Origin: an uncultured Verrucomicrobiae bacterium
GTDB lineage: Bacteria; Verrucomicrobiota; Verrucomicrobiia; Limisphaerales; JAFGQR01
Direction of reading: 5' to 3'
Length of the DNA: 64,000 nucleotides
Assembly: GCA_963788655.1 (NCBI GenBank)
Contig: CAWBHS010000062.1
Location: forward strand, 137,287-201,286
The notes under the pieces were generated by a model. That model had not been told where the DNA came from. It saw nothing but the letters and a program-made list of their open reading frames with translations, and searched no databases. Every line of letters starts with the position of its first letter. Position 1 is the stretch's first letter. This document shows, piece after piece, positions 19,354 to 30,563 of this stretch. Position numbers and translations under genes: made by a program.

Positions 19354-20079
19354 TCACTTCTTTTCGGGCGGTTTCTTTTCCGGCGCTTTTTCGCCACCTT
19401 TGGCCCCGGCCTTGCCTTCGGAAGCAGTCTCGCCTTCCTTCTTCTCTTTGGTCATCTCCACTTCCACCGGTGCCGCCCCGGCTTCGGCTTCGGCATCGGC
19501 CGCCTGTTCTTCCGTTAGTGGCGCCGCAACGGTGATGACGGGAGCCACTTTTTCCCCCAGAATTTCCACCCCGGGCACGGGCGGGATTTCGCCAATATGG
19601 ATCGATTCGCCCACGTTTAAATTGGTCACGTCCAGTTCCAGCACTTCGGGCAGATCGCGCGGCAAGGCGCGCACTTTCAGCTTGAACAGCACGTGTTCGA
19701 GAATGCCGCCGCCGGTCTTGACCCCCACCGCTTCGCCCTTGGTTTCCACGGGCACGGTGACCGTGACGTGCTGGTCCTCGGAGATTTCCTGCAAATCCAC
19801 GTGCAGAATGCTCCGGCTCATTGGGTGGTGCTGAATCTCTTTGACCAGCGCGAGGCGCTGCGGGCGCTCGGCGTCGGCAATGGACAAGTCCACCAGCAAG
19901 GTTTCCGAAGCCGCATGCTGGATGAGATCCTGGAGCTCCTTGTTGTGGATCTCCAATTGGGTCGGTTCAGTGGCGCGACCGTAAACAATCGCCGGCACGC
20001 GACCGTGGGCGCGGAGTTGCTTTACTGGTCCCCGCCGGGTCGCGGTGCGCGGATAGGCGTTCAATGGTACAGTTTTCAT
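19354..20079 (-). CDS. rplY: 50S ribosomal protein L25/Ctc
   Basis: GRVPAIVYG, EIQHHP, LHVDL, GVKTGG. Confidence 0.95.
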   Translation of the reverse strand: MKTVPLNAYPRTATRRGPVKQLRAHGRVPAIVYGRATEPTQLEIHNKELQDLIQHAASETLLVDLSIADAERPQRLALVKEIQHHPMSRSILHVDLQEISEDQHVTVTVPVETKGEAVGVKTGGGILEHVLFKLKVRALPRDLPEVLELDVTNLNVGESIHIGEIPPVPGVEILGEKVAPVITVAAPLTEEQAADAEAEAGAAPVEVEMTKEKKEGETASEGKAGAKGGEKAPEKKPPEKK

Positions 20080-20109
20080 GTCAAAAAAAATGCGGCAGCG
20101 CGGCCAGTT

Positions 20110-21054
20110 TCAACTGGTGCGCCCACCATTAAATTCAAACAGCGAAGTCACGGATGAATTCTTATGGATCCGCTTGATGGCTTCGCCCAACAGTTCCGCC
20201 ACCGACAGGGTCGTAATGCGCACCCCTTCAATCGCAGGGCGGAGGACAGTATCAGTCGTAATCAGTTCGTCAATCTTTGATTTTCGAAGTCGCTCGATTC
20301 CCATGTCGTTTAGCAGAGTGTGCGACACGCAGGCGAGGATATTCTTTGCCCCGCGGCGTTTGAGCAAATCAGCCGCTTGAGTCAGCGTGCCTGCTGTCTC
20401 GGTCAGATCGTCCACCATGAGCACGTTTTTGCCCCGGATTTCGCCGATAATCGCCATCGATTCGACTTCGGTGGCGTTTTTACGGCGTTTGGCCACGATG
20501 GCCAATCCGGCTTCCAGCACTTGGGAGTAGGCATGGGCCATTTTCAATCCCCCCACGTCCGGGCTGACCACCACCAGGTCGCGCAAGCCCTTTTCTTTCA
20601 AATACTCATACATGACCGGCGCGGCATACAGATGGTCCACCGGAATATCAAAAAAGCCTTGAATCTGCTGGGCATGAAGATCCATGGTCAGGGCCCGGTT
20701 GGCCCCGGCGGCCACCAGCAAATTGGCCACCAACTTGGCAGTAATCGGCACGCGGGGCTGATCCTTGCGGTCCTGGCGCGCATAACCGTAAAACGGCAGC
20801 ACCGCGGTGATGCGGGAAGCGCTGGCCCGGCGCAACGCGTCCATCATGATGAACAATTCCATCAAGTTGTGGTTCGTGGGCGGGCTGGTGGACTGCAGGA
20901 TAAACACGTCTTCGCCGCGCACGTTTTCCTCGATCTTGACGAAGGTTTCGCCGTCGGGAAACGCGCTGACCGTGCATTTGCCCAGCGGAATGCCAATCGA
21001 CGCCGCGATGGCCTTGGCCAAAGGCAGATTCGAATTGCCGCTAAAGACTTTCAC
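20110..21054 (-). CDS. prs: Ribose-phosphate pyrophosphokinase
   Basis: FPDGE, GYARQDRK, DLHAQQIQGFF, VSPDVGG, DDLTETAGT. Confidence 0.97.
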   Translation of the reverse strand: MKVFSGNSNLPLAKAIAASIGIPLGKCTVSAFPDGETFVKIEENVRGEDVFILQSTSPPTNHNLMELFIMMDALRRASASRITAVLPFYGYARQDRKDQPRVPITAKLVANLLVAAGANRALTMDLHAQQIQGFFDIPVDHLYAAPVMYEYLKEKGLRDLVVVSPDVGGLKMAHAYSQVLEAGLAIVAKRRKNATEVESMAIIGEIRGKNVLMVDDLTETAGTLTQAADLLKRRGAKNILACVSHTLLNDMGIERLRKSKIDELITTDTVLRPAIEGVRITTLSVAELLGEAIKRIHKNSSVTSLFEFNGGRTS

Positions 21055-21420
21055 GCAAATTGTTTGGTTGCCGGATTCAAGACAAAAGCCACCTCAATGG
21101 TGGAGGAAACAAGGGCGTGAATGTAGCAACGAAGCTTGCCGACGCAAGCGGAATTTTAGATTCGTGCTGAATGAATATTGCGAGGCATAGCCGGAGCCCA
21201 GCCCCGCATAAACCTGCAGCGCCTTGCCTTTCACGAGTCGCTGATGGTTGGAACCGGAGACATGAAGGCCGAGGGGTTTGGATACTGCGACTGCGCTTCG
21301 GTCTTGCTGGGTGGGTTGAAATCGCCAACGTGCGCCGGACTTTCTGGGCTGGTCAAAGTTCCTCAACCGGCCTTAAATTTGCTTCCATCGTTTGAGTTAT
21401 CCGGCAATACGCGGTCACTA

Positions 21421-23314
21421 ATGCAGCTTTCAGATCGAGTGCGAAATGTTTTGGGCTACGCCATGATCATCAATCTGGCGGTGGCCTTGGTGTTTGCGGT
21501 CGTGGCCTTTGGCGCCACCACCATTGACTTGGTGGCGGTGGTGTATGCGCTGGCCATGCTCCTGGCATTGCTGTGGGCCACGAAATTGGTGCTGGCCCGG
21601 AGTGTCTCGTGGAAACGGTCGCCCATGCACTGGCCGGTGGTGGCGTTCACCCTCTACGCGCTGATTCGCTACTTCACATCCACGTTCGAGTACCCCGCTC
21701 GCCTCGAATTGTTCCAAGTGATGCTGTGCGCGTTTATCTATTTCGCCGCCGCCAACAACTTTTATCACAAACGCGACCGGATGATTTTGCTCAACGTGCT
21801 GGTCATCCTGGCGATCCTCGAATCCGGCTACGCGCTTTGGCAATTCTATACCCATGCCGAAAAGGTCTTGCACATTGTGCGTCCGGAAATCTATCAAAAC
21901 CGGGGCAGCGGAACGTTCATTTGTCCCAATCATCTGGCCGGATTCCTGGGGATCGTGCTGGGTTTGGTGCTGGCTTATATCGCCATTCGCCGAGGCCGGG
22001 GCCGTTCGGTGGAACGGTCCACTTTGTTGAAAGTGTATCTCATTTACGCGGCGGTGGTCTTTATGGGCGGCATGTTGGCGACGCTGTCCCGGGCGGGTTG
22101 GATTTCCACCATGATTGGCGTGATGGTGGTGCTCCTGTGGGGCGACTGGCGGCAACGGGCCATGTGGCCGCGCATCGCCGTGGCGGTGGTGGCCGTCGTC
22201 ACGTTGATCGTCGTGGCCGCGCGGGTCGAGAAGGTGCGCGAGTACATTACCTACACCTTCAGTCCCCAACGGGCCCAGCCACACTCGTCATTGCGGGATA
22301 CCAGTTTGGGCGGCCGCACGCTGCTTTGGAAAGCGACCGCGTCGGTGATCGGAGATCATCCGGTGGTCGGGACCGGTCCGGGTTCCTGGCAATGGTATAA
22401 TCTCAAATATCGAGATCCGAGCTTGCAACGCCGGCCGGTGTACGCCCACAACGAATTCCTCAATCTTACCTCGGACTACGGCCTGATCGGGTTGCTGCTC
22501 GGGCTGGGGGTGATTGGCTGCTTCTATTGGCAAGCCGGGCTGCTGACCAAGGCGCAAACCCCGTCGGACCAGCGAGCCTTTGCCGTGGGCAGTTTGATTG
22601 CCACCACCGTGATCCTGTTCCACTGCTGGTTTGATTTCGATCTGCACATTCTGGCTAACGCGCTGTTGCTCGCTACGCTCATGGGTTGCACCGCCGCCAT
22701 GGACGATCCCAAAAAACGGTTCGGGCGTGCGCAAATGAAACCAGCGACACGGTACGGTACTTGCCGCAGTGCTGGTGGCGCTCGCGCTGCTGGGCGGCTG
22801 GCAGGTGAGTCGGGCGGCACGGGCCTATCGTTACGCGCTGGCGGGCAAGCTGGCCAACCTGCAGCTCGACCGTCAGGAAGCCATTGGATTCTACCGACAA
22901 GCTCTGGCGGTGGACCCGAAATTCCCGGGGCCGTATTTGCAGTTGGGGAACATCTATTTGCAGGAAAGCTTTTGGCGACGGGATCCGGAACGCGCCGCCG
23001 AGCGCATTGATTTGCAGCAAAAGGCTGTTACCGCCTACCGCCAGGCGTTGGAACTGCGGCCGCGCGATTCGCTGGCGATGTTGCGCCTGGGCAAAGCCTA
23101 CACCGACCTCGGGGAAAATGATCTGGCCTTGCAGACTTATCTTCAGGCGCTGGAAGTCGATCCGAACAGCGCCGAAGTAAACCTGCGCCTGGGCCTCTTC
23201 TACCAACACATCGGTGACCTGGAAAAAGCCAAAGCCGCCTTGGAAAAATCCCGCCGCATCAGTGAAGGGCCCAACCGCACCGCGGACCTGAATCTGTGGA
23301 CGATGGGGAAGTGA
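21421..23314 (+). CDS. O-antigen ligase (Wzy_C) family membrane protein with C-terminal TPRs; frameshift near 22760
   Basis: GTFICPNHLAG, TLSRAG, PVVGTGPG and AHNEFL motifs; TPR repeats in the 22769 frame. Confidence 0.85.
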
Positions 23315-23531
23315 ACCGGGGGCTGAAGGTTCACCTTCCGGCGGCACGGCGCCCGGACTGTCTGAGGTCAAGATTCCCAACCGAGCATCTCAAGGTTGCA
23401 GGAGACGACGGGCGGAGTTACTGACTTTTCGAACGAAAAGCGGCTCATTGCCTTGTCGCCCACCATGAGATCGGGATGCGCTGTGATTTTGACTTCCCCG
23501 GTCGCCGCCGTCTAAGCTCGCCGCTGATGTT

Positions 23532-26234
23532 ATGAAACCACTGCCCACGCTGCTTCTCGTTGCCTTTGCTACCACCTCGCTGGTCCGAGCTGAACTGAGT
23601 AACTTGGTCGCCAACGGCTCCTTCGATCAGAAACAAGCCAGGACCGGCGCTCTGGATGATTGGTCCTCGGCCGGAAATCCTCAGGTCAAGCAACGCTTGC
23701 TTCTCGACACCGGCCGCGACGGCGAACAGTGCGCCAAACTCGAATGCAGTGAGTTCACCGGCGATGGACCGGATTATCACGCCATGATTTGTCAGGTCGG
23801 GAAGGTGGGCGTGCGCCGAGGCAGGTGGTATCGGCTCACCTTTTGGGCCAAAGGCCAGGGCATCAAAGGCGGCGCCGTCGAAGTGGCGCTGAGCAGTACG
23901 CGTCCCTGGGAGAACGCCGGACTGTCTGAAGCCTTTATCACCCGTCCGCAATGGGAGCGCTACGAATTCCGGTTTCAAGCCGCCAAAGATGTCCCCGGTC
24001 CAACGAGTCGGTTGCAATTCTGGTTTAAAAGCACCGGCACGTTATGGTTGGACGACGTCGTGTTCACGGAGTCGGACGTGGGCCAGCAGTGGTATCCCCA
24101 AATCGCCACCGAGGGCGTGAAGAATTTCGTGCCGAACAGCAGCTTCGAATGCGGCGGCGCGAACTGGGGCAGCTTCACCTGGGGCCTGGGCGGTTGGGCC
24201 GGCAATCTGTATCGGCTCGAAGGCCAGGTCGATGCCGCCGTCGCGCAGCATGGTCCGCACAGTTTGAAGATCGCCCTGACGCCGGACACGCTGCCGGTGT
24301 ATTGGTTCGATTACTACGAACCCGTCCGCCAGCCGGTTCGCCGGGTGCTCGTTGCGAATCGCGGTTGGTTCCACGTGAAGCCCGGTGAAAAACTGACGTT
24401 CTCGGCCTACCTGCGCGCCGATGCCGATGGCGTCGCCGCTCAACTGGCCGCCAACGAAGCGCCCAGCCGCTTGCTGCGCCGGCAAGTGACGGTGGGCCGG
24501 GAATGGCATCGATTTGAATTTACGTTCGCGCCCGCGCAGCCGTTCGTGTTCGTCGCGGTGGGATTGGATCTGGAAGCTTCCAAACGTGAGGCAGCGACCT
24601 TGTGGATTGATTCCGTTCAGTTGGAGCGTGGCGAACACGCCACCGCCTACGTGCCGCGGCAAGCGGTGGAATCGTTCGTCGAAACCAGAGTGCCGGGAAA
24701 CATCTTCACGAATGTCTCACAAGGCGTGCAGGTCCAAGTAAGCGCCTTCAACAATACCGACCGCAAGCAAACCGTTTCCGGCAAGTTGACCGTCACCGAT
24801 TTTTTCGACCGTTCCGTCGCCGAAACCAATTCCCCGTTGGACTTGCCTGCGCACGCCAGTCAGAACCTCACGTTGAACAACCTGTGCCGTAACCAGCGCG
24901 GGTTCTTCCGAGCGACTTGGAAAACGCCCGAAACGTCCAACTCAATACGCCTTGCGCTAATTCGGCCGTTGCCGGACACCCTCAAAGATTCACCACTTGG
25001 TTTCAATCATGCCTACCCATGGGATTTTCTCGTGACACTGGCACGCAAGGCGGGAATTGTCTGGTGGCGCGACTGGTCGGCGAAATGGCAGACCGTCGAA
25101 CCGGAGCCGGGACACTTTGATTTCGCCGTTCCCGATGCGCAGATTCATCGAGTGCTCGGTCTTAACAGCGCAGTGGAAGTCCTCCTGCCATTTCCCTCGG
25201 CCTCCTGGTCCAGCACCGCGCGCCCGGATGAAGTGGCCAAAGCCGCGGGCAACGACAGCTATTTGCGCGCGCGATTGCCCGTGGCGTATGCGCCAAAGAA
25301 TCTGGATGACTTCGGTCGTTATGCCGCCGAGGTGGTGCGCCACTATCGTCAGGCCCAACCACGGCGCGTGACCCATTATCAAATCCTCAACGAACCGGTC
25401 TATACCAGCTACGCCCTGCCGCGGAAATTCGGTTACACCATCGAGGATTATGTGCGCCTGACCGAAGTTGCCTATCGCGCGATGAAAGCGGTTGATCCCG
25501 GGTGCCAGGTGGTCGGCGGCAACAGCGCCAATCTCGACTCCGGGCCGACCCGTGATTTCATCCTGAAGGGCGGCCTGCGGTTTGTGGACGTGTTTGATCT
25601 GCACAATTACGATCCGGCCCGGAGCGCCGAGAGCTTTGAAGATTCATTCGCATCGCTGGAACAATTGATGCGCGAACACGGTGGACCCAAGCCCATCTGG
25701 ATGACCGAATGGGGCTGCTACGCGGATGATGATCCGCCCTGCATGCCGCTGGCGGTGGGCGACGCCACCATGAACCGGTGCCGCTGGCCCAGTGAACGCG
25801 CCGCAACCGAGCACATCGTGAAATTCGTCGCGATCGGTTTCGCGCACGGCTTGCGCAAAATCTTTTTCCACGCCGGCACCTGCGGGCCCATCAACGGCCC
25901 GGACGCTGGCGGTGTGCTGTTCGAATACGGCGGCGCTCCCCGAAAAATGTACGCCGGCGTGGCAGCATTGACCGAGTTGCTCGGGGTGCCGGATGAGTGC
26001 GTGCGGACCATTCACGACGGCAGTCTGCGGGCCTACATTTTCCGCGTCAAAAATCGGTCGGCGGCCATCGCCTGGAGTTCAAATGAACCGCGGCAATTGA
26101 AGCCTGTGCCCGGCGTTCAGATTTGCGATATCATGGGCAATGAGATGGACGTAAAAAGATCAATCCTCACCGAGTCGCCCATTTACCTCCTGAGCGACGA
26201 TCCTGCCCAAATCACCAAAGCCTTCGCGAAATAA
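23532..26234 (+). CDS. Secreted glycoside hydrolase: two CBM4/9-like modules plus clan GH-A barrel
   Basis: Signal peptide; NLVANGSFD and NFVPNSSFE module starts; ILNEP acid/base and WMTEWG nucleophile motifs. Confidence 0.75.
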   Translation: MKPLPTLLLVAFATTSLVRAELSNLVANGSFDQKQARTGALDDWSSAGNPQVKQRLLLDTGRDGEQCAKLECSEFTGDGPDYHAMICQVGKVGVRRGRWYRLTFWAKGQGIKGGAVEVALSSTRPWENAGLSEAFITRPQWERYEFRFQAAKDVPGPTSRLQFWFKSTGTLWLDDVVFTESDVGQQWYPQIATEGVKNFVPNSSFECGGANWGSFTWGLGGWAGNLYRLEGQVDAAVAQHGPHSLKIALTPDTLPVYWFDYYEPVRQPVRRVLVANRGWFHVKPGEKLTFSAYLRADADGVAAQLAANEAPSRLLRRQVTVGREWHRFEFTFAPAQPFVFVAVGLDLEASKREAATLWIDSVQLERGEHATAYVPRQAVESFVETRVPGNIFTNVSQGVQVQVSAFNNTDRKQTVSGKLTVTDFFDRSVAETNSPLDLPAHASQNLTLNNLCRNQRGFFRATWKTPETSNSIRLALIRPLPDTLKDSPLGFNHAYPWDFLVTLARKAGIVWWRDWSAKWQTVEPEPGHFDFAVPDAQIHRVLGLNSAVEVLLPFPSASWSSTARPDEVAKAAGNDSYLRARLPVAYAPKNLDDFGRYAAEVVRHYRQAQPRRVTHYQILNEPVYTSYALPRKFGYTIEDYVRLTEVAYRAMKAVDPGCQVVGGNSANLDSGPTRDFILKGGLRFVDVFDLHNYDPARSAESFEDSFASLEQLMREHGGPKPIWMTEWGCYADDDPPCMPLAVGDATMNRCRWPSERAATEHIVKFVAIGFAHGLRKIFFHAGTCGPINGPDAGGVLFEYGGAPRKMYAGVAALTELLGVPDECVRTIHDGSLRAYIFRVKNRSAAIAWSSNEPRQLKPVPGVQICDIMGNEMDVKRSILTESPIYLLSDDPAQITKAFAK

Positions 26235-26246
26235 TCTCCAACTGGT

Positions 26247-26319
26247 GTAGCGACGTCTCGTCAGAGCGCCGCATTATTTCGCTTCGGAAAATAGCGGCGT
26301 TCTTACGAGACGCTGCTAC
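26247..26319. repeat. GTAG-type REP doublet
   Basis: GTAGCGACGTCTCGTCAGAGCGCCGC ... GCGGCGTTCTTACGAGACGCTGCTAC. Confidence 0.72.
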
Positions 26320-26485
26320 GTCGCCACATTGCTGCGCCCAAGCTGCATTCCCCGCTTGCGTGAACTTCGCGATCAGCGCAACATCGGTTCACACATTCGG
26401 AAAGCGCACCAGATGCGCCTCCTTTGCTGGTCCTTTTCCGGCAGGCTTGGAGCAAATCCCGGTGCCGGCAGTGCAGACATTGACT

Positions 26486-27796
26486 ATGAAAGATATGAAG
26501 CTCAATCGACGGCAATTTCTAACTCGAGGAACCACCGCGGTCGCCGGCGCGCTGGCAATTCCCACTCTCATTCCTGCTTCAGCCCTCGGCAAAGACGGCA
26601 CCGTGGCTCCGAGCAACCGTTTTAACATGGGCTGCATCGGTGTGGGCGGCCAGGGCACGCGCGGCATGGCCGGAGGTATATGGGCACCCGAGGGTGGCTT
26701 CATTGGCCGTCCTGAAATCAAGGTCGTGGCCGTGTGCGACGTGAACGCCAACAACCGCAATCGCGCCCGCGACATCGTCAACCAAAAATACCAGAACCAG
26801 GATTGCGCCACCTACAACGACTTCCGGGAATTGCTCGCCCGGAAAGACATCGACGTCATCCTCACCGCCACCGGCGAACGCTGGCATCCGTTGGTGGGGA
26901 TCGCCACCGCCAAAGCGGGCAAGGACATCTATTCCGAGAAGCCGCTCTCCGTCACCATTGAACAAGCCAAAGCCGTGCGCGCCGCGGTGCATCGCTACGG
27001 AACAGTTTTCCAGATGGGCACGCAACAGCGCTCGAGCTACGCCTTCCGGTTCGCCTGCGAACTGGTGCGCAACGGTTACATCGGTGAAATCCGCGAAGTG
27101 ATCGTTGGCGTCGGTGGCGGGCCCACCTTCCAGACTTGCAATCTCCCCGCTCAACCGGAACCTGACTACCTCGACTACAACTTCTGGCTGGGCCCGGCAC
27201 CATGGCGGCCTTACAACGCGGCGTACGTCGGCGGGTGGATGGCCTATCGCGATTTCTCCGGCGGCGAAATGACCAACTGGGGCGCCCACCATTTCGACAT
27301 TGCCCAATGGGGCCTCGGTATGGACAATAGCGGTCCAACCGAAATCATTCCGCCCGATGGCAAGGAGTTTAAGTTACTCACCTATCATTATGCGAACGGC
27401 GCCGTGATGACGCGCGATCCGGACCGTTTAAAACGGGAAGCCGGGGTGGACAATGGCGTCATGTTCGTTGGCACCAAGGGCAAGGTGGCCGTGTGGCGTT
27501 ACGCGTTGCGCACCTGGCCGGAAAATTTGGTCCGCGAGAAAATCAAGCCGAACGAAATCCACCTGCACGCCTGCGATAACCATCACACCGACTTCATGAA
27601 TGCCGTCCGGTCCCGCGGCAAGCCCGGCTGTTACATTGATGTCGGCTGCCGCTCGATCACCGTCTGTCACCTGGGCAACATCGCGTATGAACTGGGCCGG
27701 CCGCTCCGCTGGGATCCCCTCACGGAAGAATTCGTCAACGATCCGGAAGCCAATCGCATGCGGTTCCGCCAAATGCGCAGTCCCTGGACCATCTAA
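26486..27796 (+). CDS. Tat-exported Gfo/Idh/MocA oxidoreductase
   Basis: NRRQFL Tat motif, IGVGGQG, EKPL, QMGTQQRS, WGAHHFD. Confidence 0.92.
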   Translation: MKDMKLNRRQFLTRGTTAVAGALAIPTLIPASALGKDGTVAPSNRFNMGCIGVGGQGTRGMAGGIWAPEGGFIGRPEIKVVAVCDVNANNRNRARDIVNQKYQNQDCATYNDFRELLARKDIDVILTATGERWHPLVGIATAKAGKDIYSEKPLSVTIEQAKAVRAAVHRYGTVFQMGTQQRSSYAFRFACELVRNGYIGEIREVIVGVGGGPTFQTCNLPAQPEPDYLDYNFWLGPAPWRPYNAAYVGGWMAYRDFSGGEMTNWGAHHFDIAQWGLGMDNSGPTEIIPPDGKEFKLLTYHYANGAVMTRDPDRLKREAGVDNGVMFVGTKGKVAVWRYALRTWPENLVREKIKPNEIHLHACDNHHTDFMNAVRSRGKPGCYIDVGCRSITVCHLGNIAYELGRPLRWDPLTEEFVNDPEANRMRFRQMRSPWTI

Positions 27797-27806
27797 AGGA
27801 ATCGCC

Positions 27807-30554
27807 ATGATCGAAATGCAAACTTCCACCCCTTCTCGTCGCGAACGCTTCGATTATTTGGAGCCTGTCGCAAAACTTCGTAGCAGCGGACGTGAGTCCG
27901 CTCTGACACTTCGAAGTTCGCAATACTTGAGCCGACCCACATCGGCTGCTACGTCCGATCCGCGGCGTTCTGACAAGCTCTGTTTATCTTGCGGGAAACG
28001 TCAACTCTCCTGCCTGGCCACTTGGATCGTGGTCGTCGGTTGTCTGCTGGCAACCGCCCTGGCTACGACTGCCGCCAATCTGGAAGAACTCGCGCAAAAA
28101 ATTCAGAACTACCGCTTCGGCCAGGATGACAGTGCCCTGACCGAAATTCAGCAATTGGTCACCGCCGCCACCGCCAACAAGGCGGACACGTCTGCACGCG
28201 AACAATTGGCCAAAAGTCTGGCCACCGTGCTGGACACCAACGCCAGTTTCGAAGCCAAACAATTCGTTTGCCGGCAACTCGCCATCATCGGCACACCCAA
28301 GCAAGTGCCCGTTCTGGCTCGGATGCTGACCGACGACAAGTACGCGGACATGGCCCGTTACGCCTCTGGGACCAATCGCTGATCCATCGGTTGACCAGGC
28401 CTTACGCACGGCACTTGAGCCACACCCAAGGTAAAACCCAGATCGGCATCATCAACACCATCAGCTATCGTCGTGATGCGCGCGCCGTGACTGCTTTGAG
28501 CTGGCTCTTGAGCGCGGCTGACCGCGAGGTTGCCAACGCCGCCGCTACGGCACTGGGGCACATTGGCGGCGCTGACGCTGCCGCCGCACTGCGCAAGGTC
28601 CTGCACCAGGTGGATGCCAGATTCGCGTTCACGATAGCCGACGCGTACTTGGCTTGTGCTGCAAACTTTTTGCAGGTGTATCGGCAGGACCAGGCGCTGC
28701 CCATCTACACGGAGTTGTATCAATCCAGCACATCGAGCCAGACGCGCGCCGGAGCCTTGCGTGGCCTGGCCATCGCGGGAGGCGCGAATGGAGTGCAATC
28801 GGTCATTGCCGCATTGCGCGAGGACGATCCCATGATCAAGAAGACGGCGATTGGTTGCATCCAGGTTCTCGAAGGCCAAGACGTGACCCGTCGTTTGGTG
28901 GACCAGCTTCCCAAGTTACCAGCCGCGCAACAGGAATTGCTGCTGGGCGCCCTGGCTGATCGCGGCGACGCGGCTGCGCTGCCTGCCATCACCACCGCCG
29001 TCAAGAATGACGATTCGCAGGTTCGCTGCGCCGCCTTGCTCGCGTTGGGCAAACTTGGCAATGCCGCTACCGTCAACACCCTGGCTACCGCAGTAGGCAG
29101 CAACAGTGCAGCGGAGCGCAACGCGGCTTTGGGCGGTTTGAAAACGCTAAGCGGCGAAGGCGTCGATGAAGCCCTGGTGTCAACTCTGGCTGGCGCTTCT
29201 CCGAGCGTTCGCGTGCAATTGATCCGGGTGCTGGCCGAACGTAATGCGGTCAGTTCGGTTCCCGCATTGCTGCGCCTGGCTTCCGGGCCAGACCCGGCAG
29301 TCGCAAGCGAAGCCTGCAAGGCGGCGGGACAATTGGCCGACGCAACTGCGCTGCCCGCACTGCTTCAGCTCCTGGTGAACGGCACCCGCCGAAAGCACAC
29401 GCAATGCAGCGGAAGAAGCGGTGGTTGCCGTCGCGCACAAACTACCGGACGAAACCAAGCAGGCTGACCTGGTGCTGGCGGCGTTACGCGGCCAAAAGAA
29501 TGAAGCCGTGCGGTGTTCTTTGCTGCGGGTGCTGGGTGGCATCGGCAGTCCGGCCGCATTGGAACCGTTGCAGGCAGCCGCCAAGGACACCAACGACCCG
29601 GTACGCGATGCGGCCATTCGAGCGCTGGCCAATTGGCCCAATCCGGCGGCCACACCGATTTTGCTGCGCATCTATCAGTCCGCCAGGGACGCAGCCCATC
29701 GCGCCCTGGCCCTGCGCGGTTTTGTCCGCTTGACGGGATTGGACACCAATGCTGCCCCGGCTGCAATCCTGGCGGAGTATCGTCAAGTGATGCCCCAAGT
29801 GAAAGGGTTGGGCGAAACGCGTTTGGTGCTCTCCGGTCTGGCTAATATTCCCGACCCGCAAGCCTTGCAACTCATCGAGCCTTGCCTGAAGGAAGACGGG
29901 GTGGAAGAGGAAGCGGCGCAGGCCGCAGTCAAAGTCGCCGGCGCGATTGTGGCCGGGCATCGCGATTTGGCGCGGCAGACCGTCGAACGCGTGTTGTCCA
30001 TCTCGCAGAACGACGCTGTCAAACAACAAGCGCGAGAAGTCTTGCAGGTGCTCGATCAAAACGAAGGCTTCATTGGCGCCTGGCAGGTGGCCGGGCCGTA
30101 CCAGCAAGCCGGAAAGTCAGGCATGGATTTATTCAACGTGGCGTTTGCTCCGGAAACCAACGACGCCTCCTCGATCAAATGGCGGCTGGTCAACCTCCGT
30201 CTCAATGCCAACGCGCCGACCATTCTCGATCTGCTGTCGCTGCTGGGCGGCGACCAGCGCGTTGCTTATCTGCACACTTGGATTCATTCGGATCAAGCCT
30301 GCAAAGCACGCCTGGAACTTGGCTCCGATGACGGCGTCAAGGCTTGGCTCAACGGCGCGGTGGTTTGTTCCAACAATGTGGACCGTGGTTTGGTGCCGGG
30401 ACAAGACCAAGCGGGGATCAGCCTGAAGCAGGGTTGGAACGAACTGCTGCTCAAAGTGACTCAGGGCGGAGGCGGATGGGCGGCGTGCGCCCGGTTGCGC
30501 GATCCGGAAGGGAACAAGTTGACCGGCGTTCGCTTTGCCGCGGTTCGCGAGTAG
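27807..30554 (+). CDS. Exported HEAT-repeat protein with C-terminal beta-sandwich; at least 3 frameshifts (about 28365, 28412, 29390)
   Basis: AAGGA SD before ATG 27807; many VR.AA..ALG HEAT repeats; LGSDDGVKAWLNG...LKQGWNELLLKV domain. Confidence 0.78.
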
Positions 30555-30563
30555 CGCTCAAGT

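Noticed and set aside
21055..21420. tRNA-Gln, often found upstream of prs
   Set aside because: No cloverleaf or T-arm consensus with an acceptor stem could be found.
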